A stretch of 64,000 nt of DNA from positions 31,558,001-31,622,000 of the forward strand of contig OZ024757.1 of assembly GCA_964016885.1 (NCBI GenBank), read 5' to 3'. Made by a program: the position numbers and the translations under genes. The DNA is from Eledone cirrhosa. Taxonomy: Eukaryota. Shown piece by piece: positions 54,431 to 64,000 of this stretch (the stretch's first letter is position 1; each line of letters starts with the position of its first letter). The notes under the pieces are model-generated. The model was not told the DNA's origin, did no database searches, and worked only from the letters and a program-made list of their open reading frames with translations.

Positions 54431-55470
54431 TCCCTCCCTCCCTCCCTCCCTCCCTCCTCTCCCCCATCTGCCCCTCCCTCCCTCCCTCCCTCCCTCCCTC
54501 CCTCTCCCTCCTCCCTCCCTCCCTCCCTCCCTCTCTCCCTTCCTCCCTCCCTCCCTTCCTCCCTCCCTCCCTCCCTCTCTTCCTTCCTCCCTCCCTCCCC
54601 CCTCTCTCTTCCTCCCTCCCTCCCTCCCTCTCTTCTCTCTTCCTTCCTCCCTCTCCCCCCCTCTTCACCCCCCCCCTTCCTAACCCCCCCCCCCCCTCCC
54701 CCTCTTCCTCCCTCTCTTCCTCCCTTCCTCCCTACCTTCCTACCTTCCTCCCTCCCTTTCTCCCTACCTTTCTCCTTCCTCCCTTTCTCCCTACCTCCCT
54801 TCCTCCCTACCCTCCCTTCCTCCCTACCTTTCTCCCTACCTCTCTCCCTCTCTCCCCCTCTCCCTCTCTCTACCTCTCTCCTCTCTCTACCTCCCTCTCT
54901 CTACCTCCCTCCCTACCACCTCCCTCCCTACCTCCCTTCCTCCCTTCCTTCTTCCCTCTCTCCCTTCCTCTCTCTCTACCTCGCTCCCTTCCTCTCTTCC
55001 TTCCTCCCTTCCTCTCTAACCTCGCTCCCTACCCCCTTCCTCTCTACCCCCTTCCTCCCTCTACCTCGCTCCCTACCCCCTTCCTCCCTACCCCCTTCCT
55101 CCCTCTCTCTACACTCGCTCCCTACCCCCTTCCTCCCTTCCTTCTTCCCCCTCTCTCCCTTTCTCACTCCCTCTCTCTCTCCCTCTCTCGCTCCCTCACT
55201 CTCTCCCTCACTCCCTCCCTCCCTCCCTCCCTCCCTCACTCCCTCCCTCCCTCACTCCCTCCCTCACTCCCTCCCTCACTCACTCCCTCACTCCCTCCCT
55301 CCCTCACTCCCTCCTCCCTCACTCCCTCCCTCACTCACTCCCTCACTCCCTCCCTCACTCACTCCCTCCCTCACTCACTTCCTCACTCACTCCCTCACTC
55401 CCTCCCTCATTCCCCCCCTCCATCCCTCCCCCCTCTCTCCACCCCCCTCCTCCCTTCCTCTCTCCCTCCC
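54431..55470. repeat. ~1-kb polypyrimidine/polypurine tract ((CCCT)n-like)
   Basis: Directly visible in the sequence. Confidence 0.9.
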
Positions 55471-55619
55471 AGATTTTTCTACCTGCCCTTTGACTTTTAT
55501 TCAGGTGTTTCTTTAGCCTATTTCTGCTGTATCAATATCGCACCTGTTGTCAGTGGGGATGGTCATGTTTAGACTTTGGTGTTATCGTTATATTCCTGAC
55601 TCTGGTCTGGTCAATGAAT

Positions 55620-55753
55620 AACTATAACGAAATTCACGGACTATAAAAAAATTCGTTGTAGCTAAAAATTCTTTATAACGAGTTCAACCTAACACATGGA
55701 GCGTGTCGCTTGGGATTGAAAAAAAATTTCGTTATAACGGGATTCTACCTGTA
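55620..55753. mobile_element. Possible pogo/Tigger-type MITE end
   Basis: Repeated 'ttcgttataacg'-like motifs ending '..attctacctg|ta'. Confidence 0.45.
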
Positions 55754-56096
55754 TCACTCTTGTTTTCTTAATCTATCTATGAAGGGTTGCACACTTTTTT
55801 TTCGGGTGTGTGTGTGCGATCCCCCCCCCCCCCAAGGCGCCTCCTCCCTATTGAGGATTTTGTTATTAAATTTATTTTTGTTATATTTTATTTTATTTTT
55901 ATATCTTGTTATTGAGGACGCCTTTTTATGTAAACTCCCACTTTTTGATGCCCTGGTGGCAAATAAAAAAAAGTTATCTATTAAAATCTCAGATTAAAGT
56001 GTGTGTGTGTGTGTAAAAGGTAAACAGAAATAATAACACGATCGGTACAGTGTATGGAAGGAATATATTAGGTTAACGCTTGAAATAGCAGGAAGA

Positions 56097-56136
56097 GGGT
56101 CTTAACGTTTCGGACGCTAGTCCTTCATCAGAAGAA
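56097..56136 (-). ncRNA. Minimal hammerhead with loopless stem III
   Basis: Minus strand reads tctt-CTGATGA-aggactagcgtcc-GAAACGTT-aaga. The adjacent terminus 56011-56090 is repeated at 56848-56926. Confidence 0.6.
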
Positions 56137-56810
56137 TGAATGTATTTATGGTATATTTGGCAAACATTTAGAAGACCATACGCTATCAGTTTTAAAGTAG
56201 TGACTCTCTCTCTTTCTTTCTTTCTTTCTCTCTTTCTTTCTTTCTCTCTTTCTTTCTTTCTCTCTTTCTTTCTTTCTTTCTTTCTCTCTTTCTTTCTTTC
56301 TTCTCTTTCTTTCTCTCTTTCTTTCTCTCTTTCTTTCTCTCTTTCTTTCTCTCCTTCTTTCTCTCTTTCTTTCTCTCTTTCTCTCTTCTCTCTTTCTCTC
56401 TCTCTCTCTTTCTCTCTTCTCTCTTTCTCTCTCTTTCTCTTCTCTCTCTCTTTCTCTTTCTCTCTTTCTCTCTCTCTTTCTCTTTCTCTCTCTCTTTCTC
56501 TTTCTCTCTCTCTTTCTCTCTCTTTCTCTCTCTCTGTTCAAGTGTATTACTGTAGTATATGTGTGCTTGAGTGTGTCAACGTCTTTGTGTGTCTGTGTAC
56601 CTGTGTGTCTGTGTGCTTGTGTCTGTGTGTTCGTTTGTTTTTATTCCATCTTCCACTGTCTGACCTTCTGTGCCTGACACAACTTTTGAACTGAAGAATA
56701 ACAGATAACTGTTGATAAGACGCACACGCATACATGCATACATACACACACACGTATGTGTATATATATATATACATACACACACACATATAATCACTCA
56801 TTCAGGTGAC

Positions 56811-56844
<34 letters not shown>

Positions 56845-57419
56845 GTATGTAAAAGGTAAACAGAAATAACAACACAATCGGTACAGTATATGGAAGGGAT
56901 ATATTAGGTTAACGTTTGATATAGCACATGTATGTATGTATATGTGTGTATGTATGTATGTATATGTATGTATGAATGTATATATATATTTATATACATA
57001 TATATATATATATGTATATATTTTACTTGTGTTTATTTAAATTTATTGATCTCTTCTGACAAGCTAAATTAGATCCTTCGGGGCTTGCGGTGGCGGTGGG
57101 GGGTGCTTATTCCAGGGCAGCACCCTTTTCCTACACGGTAACCACAGATAGACAAAACTACTATCGGGGTCCCTAGTAGCGATGAATCACTCTCTTCAGG
57201 AACAACAGGCAGGGCCTCGTTCTAACTCAAGCATAAAAAGAACCGCTCCGAGGAAATGTTAGCTAAAGCAGATCATTAATGTTGTTCGGATTGTGGGTAG
57301 ATGATGGTGGAAAAGGGGTGGCAGATTTCCAAGGGCTTGTGTACTTGTTCACATAGCCCCCTGCCCCCCCCCCCCCCAATCTATAAAAGAAAACTGTCAA
57401 TAATATTTTCAGGCTTTTG

Positions 57420-58710
57420 AAAGTTGCTTTTGCCTGTAAAATCTGCCCAGCGATTCTTTCCTGAGTCATTCTAACCACAAGCCTGTAATATCTGAGCTGT
57501 GATCTCTCAATTCGGAGAAATAGCAGCTCGACCTGGAGTGACTCTCTGATCTCCGAGCTACAAATCTATCCAGAAATTCTTTCCTGAGACATTCTAACCA
57601 CATGCCCATAGTATCGGAGCTATGATCTTTCAATTCAGAGAAGTAGCAGCTCCACCTGAAGTGACTCTCTGATCTCCGAGCTACAAATCTATCCAGAAAT
57701 TCTTTCCCGAGACATTCTAACCACATGCCCATAGTATCGGAGCTATGATCTTTCAATTCAGAGAAGTAGCAGCTCTACCTGAAGTGACTCTCTGATCTCC
57801 GAGCTACAAATCTATCCAGAAATTCTTTCCTGAGACATTCTAACCACATGCCCATAGTATCGGAGCTATGATCTTTCAATTCAGAGAAGTAGCAGCTCTA
57901 CCTGAAGTGACTCGCTGATCTCCGAGCTACAAATTTATCCAGAAATTCTTTCCCGAGACATTCTAACCACATGCCCATAGTATCGGAGCTATGATCTTTC
58001 AATTCAGAGAAGTAGCAGCTCTATCTGAAGTGACTCGCTGATCTCCGAGCTACAAATTTATCCAGAAATTCTTTCCCGAGACATTCTAACCACATGCCCA
58101 TAGTATCGGAGCTATGATCTTTCAATTCAGAGAAGTAGCAGCTCTACCCGAAGTGACTCTCTGATCTCCGAGCTACAAATCTATCCAGAAATTATTTCCT
58201 GAGACATTCTAACCACATGCCCATAGTATCGGAGCTATGATCTTTCAATTCAGAGAAGTAGCAGCTCTACCTGAAGTGACTCGCTGATCTCCGAGCTACA
58301 AATCTATCCAGAAATTCTTTCCTGAGACATTCTAACCACATCCCCATAGTATCGGAACTATGATCTTTCAATTCAGAGAAGTAGCAGCTCTACCTGAAGT
58401 GACTCTCTGATCTCCGAGCTACAAATCTATCCAGAAATTCTTTCCTGAGACATTCTAACCACATGCCCATAGTATCGGAACTATGATCTTTCAATTCAGA
58501 GAAGTAGCAGCTCTACCCGAAGTGACTCTCTGATCTCCGAGCTACAAATCTATCCAGAAATTCTTTCCTGAGACATTCTAACCACATGCCCATAGTATCG
58601 GAACTATGATCTTTCAATTCAGAGAAGTAGCAGCTCTACCTGAAGTGACTCGCTGATCTCCGAGCTACAAATTTATCCAGAAATTCTTTCCTGAGACATT
58701 CTAACCACAT
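57420..58710 (-). repeat. 123-bp satellite (10+ units) derived from an RTE ORF C-terminus
   Basis: Anchor 'cattctaacca' every 123 nt from 57467 to 58697. Minus strand translates to SSEIRESLQVELLLL.IERS.LRYYGHVVRMSQERIS. Confidence 0.9.
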
Positions 58711-58809
58711 GGGTCTTTGGATTAACGTGGCTCGATAAGGTGCATAGCTCCGAGATCAGGGAGTCACTCCAGGTAGAGCCACTACAAATAAGTCAACTTG
58801 TTAATGTGG

Positions 58810-58975
58810 GATTCCGGAGAGTTTCCGTCTACAACCCAGTTTCTCTCTCAAGGCAGGGGTAGACCCAAGGCTAATATGGTAAATGACACTTGTCTAAGAT
58901 GTCACACAATGGGATAAGTCACACCTGGGATCTGGTGATTGCGAAGCGAACTCTTTAACCATTCTACGATGCTGC
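58810..58975 (-). mobile_element. Diverged tRNA-derived SINE of a different family
   Basis: Minus strand reads 'tggttaaagagttcgcttcgcaatcacc..caagtgtc..gtagacggaaact'. Confidence 0.65.
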
Positions 58976-59456
58976 GTACACACACACACACACACTCTCT
59001 CTCTCTCTCATGTACACACACGCTCTCTCTCATGTACACACACACACACTTTCTCTCTCGTGTACAGATACACAGTTTCTCTTTGTCACGTACACACACT
59101 CTCTCTTTGTCACGTACACACACTCTCTCTTTGTCACGTACACACACACACACTCTCTCTTTGTCACGTACACACACACACACTCTCTCTTTGTCACGTA
59201 CGTACACACACACACTCTCACACAGAAACACGCTGACACAGAAACAGAAATACACACACACACACACACACACACTCACATTCACACACACACACACACT
59301 CACACTCACACACACACACACCACTCACACACGCACACACACACACACACCTATACCTATCCATACAGAAGACGTGTTTATCTATATTCCAACATCATTT
59401 TCTCACTTCCAGATTGTACAGAGAGAAAAAAAAAAATATATATATATATATATGTA

Positions 59457-59656
59457 GGAGGTGAGTTTTATTGTAGTACAATAAAGCAATATGTTGATTT
59501 AAAACTGCACTATTCACAAGTGTGTTTTAACCTTCATATCATGTCTCCCTATTTTATCTGACGAAAACGCAAATGTTATTGCATGATGATATTTGTTTTT
59601 GAAATGCGCATAATAAAATACATGGAACTCTTTTAACCATCTTTTGATCTTATATA
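59457..59656 (+). mobile_element. ~200-bp family B unit with a hammerhead at 59550-59620
   Basis: tattttat-CTGACGA-long stem II-GAAA-tgcgca-TA-ataaaata, with palindromic ATGCGCAT. Flanked by (TA)n. Confidence 0.75.
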
Positions 59657-59667
59657 TTATATATATA

Positions 59668-59699
<32 letters not shown>

Positions 59700-59701
59700 G
59701 C

Positions 59702-59962
59702 AGAGGTTATATTTAATTTGTTGGGATTCAACAAGCTTAAACATTTTCATAACTGATATAAAGCACTCAACTGGTTAGTGGAATAAATACACAATATATT
59801 AATAAATGGAAACTATATTTATAAAACCATATTTATTTTATTGTATATATTTCAAGGGCAACCAAGGCAAATTATGGTGCCCTTTCATCAGATAAAATAC
59901 AGATTTGTTTTATAAATAAATATGGTTTTATAAATATAGTTTCCATTTATTAATATATTGTA
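59702..59962 (-). mobile_element. Family B element with a hammerhead at 59834-59899 and a partial fold-back
   Basis: Core intact except U16.1 changed to C. Stem II aagggca/tgccctt. Confidence 0.7.
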
Positions 59963-60301
59963 TATATATTCTTTTTGTATATATATATATACACAAAAAG
60001 AACAAAATAAAAAAAATAAATAATAAAACGAAAAAAAAACCCCCATAAAATTGAAAATAAAAAAAATTACAGTAAAACAACCACAACAACAACAACGGCA
60101 TAAAACCGAGACAAAATAGTAATTCAATAAAACGGCAATAAGAATGAAAGAAATATATATAAAAAGCGACCAAGTATTGAAGCAGACATGATTTGTCGTG
60201 AAAACAGCGAAAGTCTAAGATGTGAGACAGTTGTTGTAAAACACGTGGTGTGTTGACAGAAGATTACTTGGTACAACTCTAGTACACAATATGTAAATAT
60301 A

Positions 60302-60388
<87 letters not shown>

Positions 60389-60541
60389 GTCTGTATATAT
60401 GTATGTGTATAGGTATATATATATAGATGTGTGTATGTATATATATACGTGTGTATATATGAGTGTATGTATGTATGTGTGTATGTATGTATATATATAC
60501 GTGTGTATATGTGGATAAATGTATGTGTATATGTGTGTGTG

Positions 60542-60573
<32 letters not shown>

Positions 60574-60804
60574 CACACATATATACACATATATATATAC
60601 ACTCATATATATATATATATACATATCTATACACACATATATATACACACATATATATTACACATATATATACATATACACATATATACATACACACATA
60701 AACATATACACATATATATGTGTATATGTGTATATGTATAAATATGCGTGTATATGTATATATATGTGCGTGTGTATATGTATATGTGTGTGTGTGTGTA
60801 TATA

Positions 60805-60835
<31 letters not shown>

Positions 60836-60850
60836 GAGTGCATGTGTGAT

Positions 60851-60882
<32 letters not shown>

Positions 60883-60958
60883 TATATATACACACATATA
60901 TACACACACATATATATATACACACATATATAAACATATACACATATATGTGTATATT

Positions 60959-60991
<33 letters not shown>

Positions 60992-61766
60992 ATATATATA
61001 TATGAGTGCATGTGTGATTATATATATATATAATATATACACACACACACACATATATATGTATTTCAACATAGATTTCATTCCAATTTTTACATTTTTA
61101 AAATAATTTTCCAGATCATGTCACCAATAGATTATATTTTATCTTACTTATTTTTGTCTTATATTTTATCTGCCTTCTTATTCCTGAGTTCATGTCTGTA
61201 ATAGATTGGCTTTCTGCTACAGCAATTAACATTATTACATAATATTCACATTTTTTTCTCTCTCTGTCTCTTCTCTCTGTCTGTCTCTTCTCTCTGTCTC
61301 TTCTCTCTGTCTCTTCTCTCTGTCTCTTCTCTCTCTGTCTCTTCTCTCTCTGTCTCTTCTCTCTCTGTCTCTTCTCTCTCTGTCTCTTCTCTCTCTGTCT
61401 CTTCTCTCTCTGTCTCTTCTCTCTCTGTCTCTTCTCTCTCTGTCTCTTCTCTCTCTGTCTCTTCTCTGTATATGTGTGTATATATATGTGTATGTACCTG
61501 TATGTGTGTATGTATGTGTATGTATGCATGCATGCATGTATGTATAGTGGGAGAAAGAAAAACTGTGGTTACTAGAAATTCTCGTCATACCCGGATTTAA
61601 CACAATTCTCTTCACACAAACAGGAAATTCACACATACTTGCTAACAAGTGCACCTCTCTATCTGTATATCTCTCTCACACACACACATACATGCCTCTC
61701 TTATATATGTACATACACACACACACACGCATATATATATATACATACATATATATATATATATAT

Positions 61767-62685
61767 AAGCCTGTAAGATCTTCATCAGGCAGTGACGGTC
61801 CACAGAATCAAAGGCCCTCCTAAAGTCAATAAAAACCATGACCGCAGGAAGGCACTTTGCTCTAGCTCCCTCTAATATCCTCCTCAGCATCAGGATGTGG
61901 CTGGTGGTTGATCTTCCCTCTCTGAAGCCATTCTCGTTGTCCCTGAGCTTCTTCTCCATCTCAGGCTGGATCCTGTTAAGAATCATCCTGTTGAGGGTCT
62001 TTGCCACAAGTGACGTCAGTGAGATCCCCCTGTAGTTGTTGGTGTCAGAGAGATCTCCCTTCTTTGGCACTGGGACGATGTTACTGATCCTCCACTGATT
62101 CGGGGCAACTCCTTTCTCCAGTGCCCGGTTACAGAACCCCAGGATGATATCATCAAAATCACACCTCTTCATCACCTCTGGTGCCACTCCATCTTCTCCA
62201 TGAGCCTTGCCTTCCTTGATCCTCTTCTTGGCTCTCTGAAGCTCCTCTCTGGTGAAGGGCTCTGTCTCAATATCCAGTTCCTCAAACAGCCGCCTGATCT
62301 CCCCAGTGCTCTGGGCTGTGGAGGGTAGCTCTCCTAGTAGGGTCCTAAAATGGTCTAGCCATTTTCTCTTCCTATCCTCAGGCCCCATTCCCTGGATCTG
62401 ACTCGAACACCTTCTCTTCCTCCCTGTGATCTCGCTGATGATCATCCAGCTCTCCTTACATCCAAATCTGTCAACCGGTCTCTCCACACTTCTGATCTTC
62501 TCTATCAGTGCCTCCTCTCTGGCCTCAGTATAAGCGGTACAGAGTTCTTCCCTCATCACCTCCACAGTCTCCATCCTCTCCTCCGTAGGATCAGCATAGA
62601 ATTGGTCCTTGGCAGCTTTCAGGTGTTCTCTGGCTGCACACACTTTTGGGTTTGCAGAGCTGACGTGCTTCCTTTTGTTCTTTTT
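61767..62685 (-). pseudogene. Inverted 5' segment of an RTE-type LINE (linker plus RT N-terminal half)
   Basis: GKAHGEDGV, IVPVPKKGDL..NYRGISL, NGFREGRST, FIDFRRAFDSV..ILQAY. Confidence 0.9.
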
Positions 62686-63635
62686 CCTGATGGGATGACA
62701 GAGTTTTTTGAGATACTGGCTGGAGTGCTCCAGGGAGATACATTGGCTCCCTACCTTTTTATCATCGTAGTGGACTATTATATGCGCCTTGCACTGGAGA
62801 AACACCAGGACTCTGGCTTTACTGTAGCATCGGCTCAGAGCATGAGAGTTAAGGCGAAAAAGGTATCAGATGCTGAATTTGCCGACGACATAGTTTTGGT
62901 GACAAATACAGTGAAGGAGGCAGAGGATTTGATGCGGGAGGTTGAGACTGTGTCGATGAGTGTGGGGCTGAGAATAAATGAGACTAAAACAAAATATCTG
63001 GTAGAGAATGTTGAGAAGCCATAGGGGATCACTAATGTAGGCGGGAAGCCGCTAGAATTGGTTGAGGGCTTCCTGTATTTGGGAGCAAAGATTGGGAATA
63101 CGGAAGATGATGTGGTTGAGAGGAAGAGCAAAGCCTGGGCGGCGTGCCGCGGCTTGAGATCGGTGTGGAAATCGGACCTTCGTAAAGACCTGAAAATCCG
63201 CCTCTTCATTGCTGTAGTGGAGTCTGTGCTGCTGTACGGGTCTGAGACTTGGACACTGACCAAGAAACTCACTCAGATGGGTGGGTGCTACACGAGAATG
63301 CTGAGGATGGCTCTGAACATTAATCAGTATACACTGAGGATGAAAAAAACTCAGAGCTGTATGGGAGCCTCCCAAAAGTCAGCTCAAAAGTGACACAGAG
63401 GAGACTGAGGTTAGCTGGATATGCCCACCGACATCCAGAGTTGACATTGCACTCAGTGCTCCTGTGGGAGCCGCTACATGGACACACTGGAAGAGGAAGA
63501 CCAAGGTTAACGTATGTTGATGCCCTAAGGACAGACACTGGTCTGTTGGAGACGCAGGACATGGCAGCGATAATGAGGGACAGAGACCGCTGGAGAGAAC
63601 TCGTTCATGGATCTTGGGAATTTTACCCGCCTTAG
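62677..63635 (+). pseudogene. 3' segment of the same RTE-type LINE (RT C-terminal half to stop codon)
   Basis: GVLQGDTLAPYLF, FADD, FLYLG, LLYGSETW, RRLRLAGY, GRPRLTY. One internal stop (63022) and a frameshift near 63345. Confidence 0.9.
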
Positions 63636-63877
63636 ATATATATATACATATATATACATTACTTCGCCAGAATATACAGCAGCACCACATCACAGCCAGC
63701 AGCAGCAGCACATCACCACTATACACCTCAGAATCCTTGCAGACCCTACAGCAGCAGCACACAACCACCACCACCAACAGCAGCACTATATCATAGCCAA
63801 CAGCAATACTACACCACTATACACCAGAACCGACAGCACCGCTACACCACTGCAGACCACAGAACCCCTGGAGAGCC

Positions 63878-64000
63878 TACAGCAGCATTACATCACAGTC
63901 AACAACAGCATTACATCACAGCCAACAGCAGCATTACATCACAGCCAACAGCAGCATTACATCACAGCCAACAGCAGCATTACATCACAGTCAACAGCAG
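63878..64000. repeat. ~23-bp minisatellite
   Basis: Unit 'cagcagcattacatcacagccaa'. Confidence 0.85.

Noticed and set aside
57454-58710. CRISPR-like regular array
   Set aside because: The units are wholly repeated with no unique spacers, derive from an RTE ORF, and there are no cas genes.

Overview
Eukaryotic, AT-rich, microsatellite-saturated DNA, most likely intronic or intergenic sequence from an octopod cephalopod, judging by the abundant tRNA-headed SINE with the core 'gagttcaaatcccgccgagg...ggtcgataaaataaagtaccagt'. Almost all ORFs in the track are (TA)/(CA)/(TATG) artefacts. The real coding content is mostly retroelement-derived. It comprises an intact-ORF RTE LINE with a PHD finger inside its RT (29124-32866), a 5'-inverted (twin-primed-like) RTE copy (61767-63635), two CRE-type restriction-like-endonuclease fragments and a 123-bp satellite built from an RTE C-terminus, plus a few candidate host exons. 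The most striking signal is about 18 hammerhead-ribozyme cores (CUGANGA...GAAA...UH) found by eye. They belong to several short non-coding Penelope-terminus/retrozyme-like families that sit in (TA)n tracts and are often folded back into sense/antisense palindromes. A related family keeps only the GAAA-stem III-GUC half of a hammerhead and shows flip/flop hairpin loops. All calls were made by reading the sequence; no searches or folding programs were run.
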